This document shows positions 40,232-52,500 of a DNA stretch of 64,000 bases, one piece after another. The DNA is from Phoronis australis (Eukaryota; Animalia; Phoronida). The position numbers and the translations under genes are program-made. The number at the start of each line of letters is the position of its first letter. The stretch's first letter is position 1. Under the pieces are notes generated by a model. The model saw only the letters and a program-made list of their open reading frames with translations. It made no database searches and was not told where the DNA came from. The stretch lies in NCBI GenBank assembly GCA_002633005.1, contig NMRA01000045.1, forward strand, positions 1,233,552 to 1,297,551, given 5' to 3'.

Positions 40232-42567
40232 CACTGAGGAAGGGAAAATTTTGCCTTCATGCTATGTGGGATACGAAAGTAAAATGTGTGGTTGTGTCTT
40301 GAAGGGTGAGGAGGCAGCAAAGGTATAAAATAGTCTTCGGCTTTGACTGCAATAATCCCGGCCCTGAACAATCTTGTAAAACGAACACGAGTCATTTCTG
40401 CTCTTCTGTTAACTAGCAACTTCCAATTAAATTATTGAATCAAAACTGGAGGTCAGTTTGCAAGTATCTGTTGCATATGTCGGTGGTTTAGTGTTCGACC
40501 ATGCCAGTTTCTTGACGTTGCGTTCAGCGTAATTGCCAAAAAAGTTCCAAACGCTAGCAGAATATTAGAGGACAGCCAAGGTGTTCAGAAGAAGTGTAGG
40601 CATTTACTTTACATGTGAGTTACTCACATTGTAGAAAACTTGGTTTTGTTTGCTTGAGCAGCGTATCGTGAATCTCGTCTGGCTAGTCCAGCAACTTAAG
40701 TTGAGTAATTCATATTCTTAAGTGGTATGGTTCAAAGAATTTTTGGTGCGTTCATGTATCTATGATCCTGAATAAAGTATCGGATATAATATATTGACAT
40801 TGGCAATCAATAGATAATCAACACTGAATGTTTCATAATAAATCGTAACTGTTGTGAAAACAATGCTGCCACTTTCCGTCATTCCGCAGCTAATTTCGTA
40901 AATTTATTGCATGTATTAGCAGATACAGATTCTTCAATAATGTTCTCCCTTTACAAGTTTAATATGTAAATTAGTAGGCAAAAATATTTAAATTGTTTTT
41001 TTTACATGTAATTAGCAAGCTACAGAAAGAGTTTTTGGTTATTTCGCACAGACGAAAAATTTCACTAACTTTTGGTTTATGTTGCTTTGTTTATACCGTT
41101 TTCCCAGTAAGCACGCCGGTCTCATTTTCGAAAATGCACATATAAGTCATTGTTTGAGCTCTCTTATAGGGTGAGCTACATGTGCTTGGAGTAGCGGAAC
41201 TGAGGGGAAAATCGGTGTTAATCAAGCATGTGAGACCCTCCTAATTTTCTGCATCATCAAAAAACAGTGCTGTGGTCACGAAAAATGTTAATGCCACCTG
41301 GAAAAACGAGAGCATGAGTTGCAATATAGTTTCATTCGTTCATTGACTTCTTGGTTCAACTGTAAACATACAAAAATGTAGCTATGAGTCAACTGAACAA
41401 TGCAATAGCCATTTACAAATAAACCTCATTGTTAATAATCAGGGGTTCATATAGGATTCCAAAACTGGGAGTTCATTTAAAAAATGACCAAACATGGGAG
41501 TTCCCTCGAGCATTGGCTTTCCGTCAGTAACACTGTGACCGCGGCGCCATGTAGTGGTGTATCGACCCATGTAATAACATAGTACGATGAAGGGGAAACA
41601 AACGTGTGATTGATGAAACACAGATCATTTGTTTATTCAATAACTTTAGAATGGAAATTTATACATATGTATTTGAAATAATATACGCATAGTATTCAAA
41701 CAAAAGTCAAACTTCTAGTCTATGGTAATGGGAAGAATACTGATTAGACACAGTTGCAACATTCGATAGGTCGGTGTTTACGAGTACAACGTTACGAGTG
41801 CAAAGTTTTGACTATACTACAATAAAACTAACTGCAATGTACTTCATTTACACAATTTTTTGCATAAATCGTGGCTAAGAGGTGTCTAGACTCATTGTTA
41901 TGAACATTGGAGTGTGAGTGAATCAAAATGGCACGTTACACCTGCATTTATGGTCAGTCATGCAGAAAAGGCTCACTTATGTTTGCAAAATATTGAAGAA
42001 TTATAGCATCGCGTGGTTAAATAAGAGACACGGCAGAAGCTGCTCCATCAAAACAAAACCGCCATCAGATGGGGAATATAACCAAAGTATATTTAACATG
42101 TACTGAGTTGGTTGACACTGTATACAAACGCCTCTCTTACAAACCCAGGTGCACCGGGGGATTATTTGATGAGTTTCCCAGTGACCAGTTTGACACTTCA
42201 TGTATTTCGTTTGTTTGATTTCCATCTCTTTCCAATGAGGTTTGGTGACCTCATTTCCATTTGGACGACCTTGGAATTTTGCGACATCACATGTGGGGAG
42301 TTGAAGTTGTGCTAAGCGCGGGACCCTGATTGCATAGGTGAAATTGATCTAGACAACATGTTGACGAATTTTATTGCGTTTTGATTCCTGGTTGAATCGC
42401 GCAAATAATTACTTTTAGCTGGACATAGTGTTAAGGAGTCTCTTTATGCTTAAGGGTACGTTTACATAACAAAGCCCTACTGTCAAACAAATAGTGATAG
42501 GTGTCATATTGAACAATTGTCATGCAGAGTGTCAACCTCATTCTCATTTCATTTTTCAGTAGATACC

Positions 42568-43596
42568 ATGGCTAGCAGTGATGCAGCTTTAGTAGGAATT
42601 CGAGAAGAGCTCACTTGTCCGTTGTGCCTGTTTGTTTTTACTGATCCCAAGACTCTACCTTGCTTACATTCATTTTGTACAAGCTGCATTAGTGATCACA
42701 TTGCTGCTACAGGAAAACATGGAAGATTTGAATGTCCGATATGTAAGACAGACATCATCATACCACCAGGTGGAGTAAGGGGACTGAAGGACAACTTTCA
42801 AATCAATAACATTGCCACGTTACTTCCATCTGAAGAGTGTTCAATGTGCCCTATTCACCCAGATCAAGAGATCACAATGTTCTGTAATGATTGTGAAATG
42901 CCATCATGCACACATTGTATGGTAGACCACAAGGAACATGAAATGGTTCAAACTCATGATATCAACCAACGAAACAACAAAGAAGTTGATCAACTTTTTG
43001 ACAGTGTAACAGCTAAGCTTAATTTTATTGATACTTCTCTTGAACTATTGACTGAACAAAGAGATTTGTGTAACAAGGAGGAACAACGCGTTACTCGTTT
43101 GATTTCTGAACACTTTCAAGAAGCCGAAGCTAGGTTAAGAAAGATGAAGGAGAGTTTGGTGAATGATGCAAAAGCGAAAATGGATGTGTTCCGTGGCCAG
43201 TTAGATGCTGACATAACCAATATGGAAGAAAGGCGTAAAAGGATAAAAGGAGCTGTTAAACATGTCAAAACTTCTCGTGAATTTGCAAGTGTGCATGACA
43301 AGCTTTCTCGACACAAATATTTTGTAAATCGTTTAAGGTTAGTTAATGACCAGTCTATAGAATGCAGCATCAACGAACCAGCTTTTGATGTGCAAACTGA
43401 AGATGTGTCCCTTGGATTAAAAGTAATAGTAAAGTCCAAACACCTGGATCTTAAGCACCCTGAAGATAGAAGTTGGAGCTCAGGCAATATGGAGTTGAGC
43501 ACGTCCGATGATAGTTGTGAAAGCATAGAACATGACACAGCTGGCCAGACATGTCACTTGTCAGATGAAGATGTTCGGTTGTATCAGGTGGTATAA
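42568..43596 (+). CDS. TRIM (RBCC) protein exon: RING-HC, B-box 2, coiled coil; no C-terminal domain of its own
   Basis: ATG at 42568 after a tttcag acceptor. RING CPLC...CLHSFCTSC...CPIC; B-box CPIH...CNDC...CTHC..DHKEH; heptad-rich helix. Ends either at TAA 43594-43596 or at the phase-0 donor CAG|GTGGTA (43588). Confidence 0.93.
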   Translation: MASSDAALVGIREELTCPLCLFVFTDPKTLPCLHSFCTSCISDHIAATGKHGRFECPICKTDIIIPPGGVRGLKDNFQINNIATLLPSEECSMCPIHPDQEITMFCNDCEMPSCTHCMVDHKEHEMVQTHDINQRNNKEVDQLFDSVTAKLNFIDTSLELLTEQRDLCNKEEQRVTRLISEHFQEAEARLRKMKESLVNDAKAKMDVFRGQLDADITNMEERRKRIKGAVKHVKTSREFASVHDKLSRHKYFVNRLRLVNDQSIECSINEPAFDVQTEDVSLGLKVIVKSKHLDLKHPEDRSWSSGNMELSTSDDSCESIEHDTAGQTCHLSDEDVRLYQVV

Positions 43597-46500
43597 AAAC
43601 GTAAAACCTGGTTATATGCAATAGGTCACATGGCCTTAAAGCTGAAATGACTTTGGGGAATGTTAAACATGAAACGGTATATATAATAGATAAGCCAATA
43701 TCTTTCCTTCGGGTATGAGCTATAATACATGTCCATGCACTCATCCAGCCTTAATTTATGGGGCTCTAATCTTTGAGAATGTGGACCTTTTACTAAGATT
43801 CACGGGTACGTTCAGAGCTATGAATTATGAATTCGACGAATTTTGGTAGTTCTTGCCTTTTTAGTGGAGTTTTGTCTCGTCGTCTACTTTTTTCGGAGTT
43901 TTGTTTCTCTGAGGCGGACCTTTTTGCCCACTTCGCCTTTGAGCCCCCCTTTGGGTGCGCGTATGCTGTCATCACTTTTTGTCTTCTGATCAACCTTCGT
44001 CGAAATATTGAGGCTGCTGCTATAAACCTGGCATTCTGTCCAAAAAGTGAACGTTGATTTAGATCACTTACCGCATTAGAATTGATCTCAGTTCGTCCTT
44101 AGTCAGATGAAAAGTGATTTTTTGGCATTGCTCTGCTGTTTTAAGCACTGTTTTAGTTAAGATACTTGGCACAGCTTTGTTTATTAAAGGATCAAATTTC
44201 TTTAGTATGATTTAAGAATGACAGTAGACTATGAGTAATGACATTTAGAAGTAATGTTCCACGTCCGAGGTAGTGTTGTCATGGCTCTTCATTTCTGGAA
44301 ACGTTAGAAAACGAATTGCGCGATTAACCTAGTTGATCGATTCAAGGGTGCTAACACATTTCTGAACGTCTTATCGCGCCTCACTCAGCTTTTTAGTTTT
44401 TGAAACTTTATTCACATCAGAATAACAAATGTCTAAGGAATTTTAGAGAAAAATTGTGATTTCCACGGCACCACACTGTCTCAGTATGAGGCAACTACTC
44501 AACGGATGTGCAGCATTGTGGGTAAATATCGCACTATTAAAGAGGGGGATCTCCTACAATTCTTGGATGTGGCTATTTGTATTTAAAAGAATTAAGAAAT
44601 TTGACTCTTGTTAACAATTCTTCAAAAAGTCTTGTATTTTGATAGCCCCGCATGCTAAATTGGCAAATTAAAAAAATTCTAAAATCGTATTGGAGAACAT
44701 TGCTTTAAGCATAGTATCTGAAAGTTTCATTTGAATCCAGTTAACCGTTTCTCAGATAGGATGTTCCAAAGTTATTCCAAACTGAACATTTTTCCAGTTT
44801 TCCACATAGTTACAACCGATATCATGTAAATTTTTATGAGTCAAGTAAGACGGGATGTGAAATAGACACGATGAGGCAACTGCGGCTGATTTCCAACACA
44901 ACTCTACTTCATCTAACTAAGCGTTGGTTTACGTACTTGAAAGTATGTAATTTCTCTAGTGAATAGTGGAGAGTGCGCCACACTACGCATAAAATTCCTC
45001 TCTGGGTTTATTTTGCTAATGGTATAATCAACTTTACCTGAATGTAATGAAACATTGATCAGACCTTAACCACTTTTAAGTAGTTTCCACTTCTCGGAAG
45101 TTAACAGAAAACAGTGGTGCTCGAGTGCAACTTAAAGTAGGAAAAGACCTGTTATTTAAACGTTAATGTTACAGGAAAGTATGGGTGGTGGTGACAGGAG
45201 GTCTGGCCTGAGAGACTGGTATCCTATGCCTCCTAAGGTCACTGGACTCCCTAATGATAAGTTTGAAGATCTACAGCTCCAGCATGAGGAGAATGAATGG
45301 AAAACAGGAAGCTTGAGAAAGACTGAAGACGACCTGGATGTCCAAAAAACTGAGGTATTTAATTTTTGGCTTTGGTACGTTTTGTCTGTTCTGTTGCCTC
45401 TGATGATGTTGCGTGCCCTAGTCCTGGATATTGAAAAAGTTTGGATTTTCCATTGCTTGCGCTATCCACATTTGGGAAACATGCTTTTTATAACAGTTTT
45501 ATGCACTCCCCAGTTTGCTTCTCGTGTACTTTTGGAACTTAAAATAGTTTGAGGGTGCACCAGAATCGATGCACTGAAACAGGCTACTTGGTGCGAGTGC
45601 GACGATAGAAAAATACCTGTCATGGATAAATACAGATTGGCAAATTTTTGCCCGAAAGATTCCCAAGGCACGCGTCATCCGATTTTACACGTAAACTTAT
45701 TTTTCCACAAGTTACCTGTGATGCCACCGCGTACAACCGTACAGCATTGCCCGTTAAAACAACAGCAGTCAAGTATGACATCCACAATTGTTTTTAGGAG
45801 AGCGAGAAAATCCTCTGTGATGACTATTGTATGCGCTCTGTGATAGCATAGCTCTCTTACCAGGTTGGTACTCATGTCCACTGTTTTTCTTGCAGTATCG
45901 TCAAGTTCTGCCCTCAACGTCTCCCCATGACATGAATAAACAGCCAATGCATCAGAACTTGGGGCCTCCTCAGAATAACCCGCAGGCCATGAATCAGATG
46001 TACTTTCAACAAGGCCGACCTGCTGTAAGTCTTGACAGCTTTCACTTTTGATCAACAACTTTTCACACGTGTGTAATATGATTTGATCATTGAACCTCAC
46101 TTTTTATCTGGCTACGTGTGTGTGGGGGGAGGGTGCATTTAATTTCCGCCAGTGTCCAGGTGGCTGCAGTGCTTTTGCTCGGCCAGGTCCACCCGCCGGC
46201 TAAGACGTCTGATTGGTTCTCGATAACTACTTCCGACTTGAAAGCTATTCAGCCTCCCGTTCACTAACGCTAGGACCTCGCTAAAAAGCAAGACTTCGCG
46301 AGATTACGTGAGATATTGCCGTGCATTTTAAATGAGAACACACGCCAGATGTCTAGCAGAGTAAGTAAAGCCCAGCCAACGTCCTCTCGATATCTTAAAA
46401 AAACGTCTGGCTGAAAGGACCTTTCCCCTCCATCGTCCAATCAGAACGCAAACAGTATGCCACACAATTGCTTTGTTTCTAACCTTCACAAGCGGCGCCA

Positions 46501-49500
46501 TTTTTAGCATTAGCCTGGTAAGAATCGTGTGGCAGCTACCCGTGGGCGCCAGCAAAAGGAGGTGCAACATGAGAACACCGGGACATTACTAACTGTAACA
46601 CGAGTAAACGACTATTTTTGTGAGGGGTGGAAAGTAACGAAAGATCACTACAAGCGTCCTTTTATGAAAACCTAGTTCTGCACTTGTACATTAATATAGA
46701 TGGCCTAATGCATTTTGTTGTATCCTTAGGCCTAGTGCATGGGAGTATCCCCGGGTGTTTAATTTTCTTAGAAAGAAAACTAATTACAACGACAGTTGGA
46801 CTTCTAAAGGGACAATAATCTTACCAGTGTTTACTAACACTTACCCAAAAGTGCATAAACAAAACGAATCTAAAATCTTTTCCCCAGCAATTTGCATGCG
46901 TATTCCATGCGGCTTTTCTGACTTGCGCATCGATCGCCTAGCACTTGTCCTTCACATTTACTTCATCTTCAGTCACCACCATAAATTTTGATGTCGTAGA
47001 TGTCACATTGCTAATATTAATCTAAGGCCTTTCTCTTTACTCAATCCCCAAGATTATCTTCTTTTGGAAGATATATGACAGAAAAGTTGTCCGGAATTTT
47101 CTCCAGAAATTATCCGTGTCAACTTCGTTAACAGACGCTATTTTAATAACTAAATATAGATGTCGCTACCCGTCCGATCTCGGAAAAGTCCATTACGGTG
47201 AAATCATATAAAGTATCACAGGGAGGCGAATTCCAAACCAGGCTCACATGTATATAATGTGGTTGTGCCAGTGACAATAGACAGTTTCGACTACCTTAGC
47301 TCCAAATCATAATATTCAACAAGAAATTTCTTGCTGAAGATGTTTCCTTATGATATCTGGAAGCGATTGGCGCCTGTTGAATCTGTACACTTCAGGATTT
47401 TTTTATTATTCACATACTGCGGGTTTTATGCCAAATTAACTCGCACAACACAAGGCATTTTTGTTAAAAGAGCGGTCTTCTTCGTATATCGCTCGGTTCG
47501 TGAATACTAGGCATTTTAAAGCAAAATCGTGTTTAAGACGTGACGTAAAATTTTAGTTTCTAAAAAGTTTTAGTAAAGTCAGTTGGTGAGTTATTTTGCG
47601 ATGAATGTACCTTTCTTGCACATGAGAATTTGAAAAAAACGTTGTCATGTGACGATAATAAAGACACAATAGTTAGAAGCATACTTTTAGAATCCTCGAT
47701 CGTTCTCCTTTCACAAAAACATATACTTTTAATGGTTGACAAAGCATGTGTTCGATATTTGACTTACAATTGAGATCGTTTATTAAGCTCATAGAATACG
47801 AATTTCGAACGAATTGATTGTTCTCTATAGAACTTGATCCTGACGTATATTGTTGGGAGTGAACCAGCACCACCATTTCTTTGAAGGGTTTCGGCAAATC
47901 TACCACCCCTAGTGGTAATTTAATTTGTGCAGGTGACCAGGACCTCCAGGAATCTGTTGTAATGCTGTTTCTGATCGTAAATCCCAACTCCGCTTACAGG
48001 TCTGCAGTAAACAGCCCAGGCCACCAGCCACCCGCCAGCACAGGCCCGCAATGAACATGAATAACCAGGTCAGTCAGCAGCAGTACCAAACAATGCAGGT
48101 CTCCTGGCCGCCGGGTAATCAGAACTACATGGCTCAGCCGCAGCCGCAAACCTATATGATGGTAGGTATCTCGCTATTCACGCGACTTTCTGTTGATAAC
48201 AGTGCCATTGACGTGGGTGTATTAATGACCATTCCATGCAACTGGATTGTCGTTTCAACGAACCTATCAAAAATTCAATTTTCGTCTCTGCATCTGCTTA
48301 TGAATGGACAATTTTAGCTGGGAAATGCCGAGAGAAATCGATGTCATATAGACCACCAAACGCAAAAAAAACAAAGTCAAATTTTGCTCTCCCGACTAAC
48401 TACAACAGTGCTAACATAAAAGAGTACTTGGTTTATAAAGGATTTGACCTTGTTAGTAAATGCTCAAATATAAGATTAAATATTCTTATGTAAAAATAGT
48501 TCTTGTTATGCTATTATCTTTATGGTGGCTATTTGCATTACCTTTAGAAGTAACTATGAAACGGGATTTACAGAATGTGTTATTTTATCCAGAGGGTGGA
48601 CATGCTTGAATGTAGCAAGTTTTGTAGTCGTCCCTCACTCTTTGACATATGTTTTGTGTTAATGTTTGTGTCTTCTGTTGATAGGTTTTCCAAAGACCAG
48701 CATTGATGAAGTAGCTTGTTAAGTTTAGTACATTTCCAATGTACTAAACTATAGCATTGTGTTCTGATATATTTGGATACCTTAATCCAAAAAATCTAAC
48801 GTCTTGCAAGGTTCACCGTCTTGTCATAGCGTCTATTGCCATCCATTGCGTCCAAGTGTTTTCTGTTTCAGTATAACCCTGGGCAGGCCATGAACGTGCA
48901 ACAGTCACAGTATGTTAGTCAGCCACAGAACTATTCCATGGCCACCACACCGCCTTACTATAACGCCCCGCAGCCTCGAGGTAACACTATTTGAGCTACT
49001 GAGTTATGTAAACAAGGTTCCTGTGAGCACAGTAGGTTGAAACTGTCCTTTGCACGCTAATCACTCGTGTTTTAAAAATGCAACTTAGGAATATTAGTAA
49101 CTCATAGTTACTAGTATTCTCAACAAGGTTCCCGTTAACAGAATTGATTTAAAATTTCCTTTGTGAGTCACCATGATTTAAAAATGCTACCTATGGAATG
49201 GTATCAATACTATTAGTATTTAAAAAACAAGTTTTATCAGCTGTGTCATCGACCCTTGGCGAACAACACTGCATGGTGTAGGTTATGTGCTCTCACGAGG
49301 CGCATCATTACGACAAAGATCATTTTCCCACATTCCTGGTTTACACTTTCGTAGTTAGTGTCATTTAAGGTAACTTGGGTATACCAAAGACTGTGCTCTG
49401 GCGTAAATCAAAGTCCAATTTTGTTTCTTGTCACCCAACCAACAGTAATGAAGCCAACCGACTCAAAAACATTTTTAATGAACAATTATTTCAATTTCAC

Positions 49501-52500
49501 AAATTGAAGCATTAAGTACTAGTCCACGAGAACACCAACCATGAGCGGCAAGGTGGGGGTCAGCCGATTTTCACCAAATTTGGCACATATGTAGTCCTAT
49601 GGGATCTATAAACAGCGGTGAAATATTTCCTCAAAATATTGTGTTTTTCTAAAGTTATAGGTTCAAACACATTTTACGGTTTCGCAGCCATGTTTTCACG
49701 GTATAAAAACTGTCCAGTTTTAACTGTTCATATTTTTCCTTGAATGAAAGCTATTGATTTATTATTCACTTGGCATTGTTTAGTGGTGCCTATAGATTGT
49801 TACACAGATGTCTTGAAACACGATTCCGATTTACCGCCCTCATTTAGTAGTTTTACTACACTGCCCCCCGTTATGCCATTTTGAGGTTGTGTTCAGTACA
49901 CTGCTGTACCAAATCTGCCCCCACTGCTATGAGAATGAAACTTAGCCAAAATGTTGACAAAACATGTTACTTTCATTGCATAAAATAAAAACTTTGTCAG
50001 CCAGTTTATTAGTTATACATTTTGGCACCTCAAATGTACTAAAATGAGAAATTGTCATATATCTGAGATCGATGCGTGAGCACCGTAAAATCCGATTGTC
50101 CTTCATATTTTTCGATATTTTGCAACAAGTTAGTTCCTCCTGAATGTTTTGAACGTTTTACTACTGATCACTTTGGGCTATAGTACCCCTAAATACCACA
50201 CATGGCTCCATTTTGTAAAAAGCCGATTATGTCCTCCGCAGTGAACAGGGTTAGACATGAACTCGACAAATGTAGGTTATTTTGATTTACAGTTGTTTTA
50301 CTTTGCAATTTCCTCATGGGTATTTCTTCACACATATTCAAGTCAGATTTTCTGTTGATCAAATGTTCATGCAATGCATTGTAATATCAAATGAATGATA
50401 AGTTTGGTGGCATGACCGCAGTTTTTCCCACGACTTAAAACAAAAGACCGCAGAAATTTTCCTGACGAAATACCGGGTTTGCAGTTCTCTAAAAACATTC
50501 GAATGACAAGACAAACTCCACCACTGTCTGTGGCAACTCGTCGCATGTTTTTCGCCCATCGGTCCTATCATTGTTTTCCATTGTTGTGTCACTGTTGGAT
50601 ATAACAACACAGGTCGCATGGATATAGAACCTTGCGTACATCAGACCGTTGCCGATAAGTGCTCGTCATTATATCTTTATTATAACAATGAAGATGCTAA
50701 TCTATTGTTCTCTATGCGACCAGGTTTCCCGTGGATGACCACAGAAGAGGAATCCCAAAGTATCCACAAACAATGACCACGCACCTTAGTAACTATTACC
50801 GCGCACACGAATCCTTTCCGTGGAACCTAAACACCAAATTTTTATATCCGTGTATTGTGTTGTATTGCTCATGGTACGGGTTCAGACTCTGTTGTATTAA
50901 GATTCCAATCCCCAACCCAATCTGTAGTTTGAGTAAAATTTCAAGACAATGCAGGTTTATGGATTTATTCTCCTTAAAATGAAGAGTAAAAATCAAATTC
51001 TGCACAGGTTTTTTAAAAGTAATCACTTATTGGAAGATCACACATCTAAAAAATAAAACAATGTTTGACAATTTTATTCATTATCTTATTTGAAAATTGC
51101 CTACCTCACAGACAACTCATCTAAGTTGAAAATATTCCTTGTGAAAAAATATAAAATACCAACCAGAGACTTGTGTACTACAAAATATGTTTTCGTAATA
51201 CAATGCAAAGATAACTGTACAGTCAAAAGTGCAAATGTTATGACTCTAATAAAAAATTGCCTTCTAGATCTTTTCAACACTCTAATTGCTACAGGACAGA
51301 GTCAACCACACAAAGCTCATAAAGTCAGGGAATTACATTTAAGGTGATGTAGTCTCACTGCGAAAAAGTGATTTCGCAATATCGCTGACAACACTGGAAA
51401 TCTCTTCTTCACAAACTTGAGGTAGCTGTATTTACCACATCAATGTTCTTATCAAAACTAACCACCACAAAATGAAAAATTGGCTTGTCGGTTCCAATTA
51501 GGCAGCATTTTACAATGAAATGGTCATGAAAAAATACTTTTGCAACATGGTTTGCATTACAATTGCCCTACGATTACAGTTGTACATACATACTAGACCA
51601 GTAACAAAATTACCCATGGGAACCATAAAATGGTCAATTCGCCAAAAAAACAAGGAGCCACCAGAGCTAATGTGCCAATACTTTTCAGTACTGCAACAAA
51701 AAATCATTTGAAGTGGACATAAACTCGCCTAAAATCACATAAAACAACTTTTGATTTAGACATTTTACCATCACGAAATAGGTATTACTTCCAGGTCACT
51801 TTTGAGCAATTTCAGAACTTTGAAAGATCTGGCAATATGCAATTGCTAGAGACCAGACTAATAGTGTGTGATTTTATACACACAGCATGGTCTCAAGGAA
51901 TAGCAAACTGTCAATTCGCTATAATTCCAGAAATCACTTCCCATCTGGATAAGGAACAAACTGAGCAAATTTTATAGAGGTAAATGGTCTAAATCAAAAC
52001 TTATTACCTCCTGGACAGAATATGGGTTTACAACCCAGGCAGAAAGATAAGTTAACAAAACCAGCCTAACTGCAACAGGGTCTCAAATTTCAGTAATATA
52101 TACCCATTTACAAACAAAAATCTATAATGGTAAATAAAATGCGGAAACATAAATTCAGATCAATTACGCATCTTCAAGGAAAATGAATAGTACAGTGGTC
52201 AGAAATCATCTAAATGTGATGGCGACACTGAGAAATCCTGTCAGACCAAAAAATCCAGTGGTTAAAAAAAATGAACAATGTACCATTACCATGTGGCCCA
52301 GGATCATAATCCGTGCCTGGACAAAAATTCAGTCTTAGACTAGGTAAATTTTAGATTTGTGCTGTTCACACAAGCAGTTCTGGTGCAAACAAAGCTTGCG
52401 ACAACACACAAGCCTACTTCCCTACACAGCTGTGCTGATACAATAATGCCCCCACTGGATTTAGCAGATCAGCCAGAGTATTTACAGGTCCAGCCACTGT

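Noticed and set aside
43116-43538. 140-aa minus-strand ORF
   Set aside because: Antisense shadow of the TRIM coiled-coil coding region.
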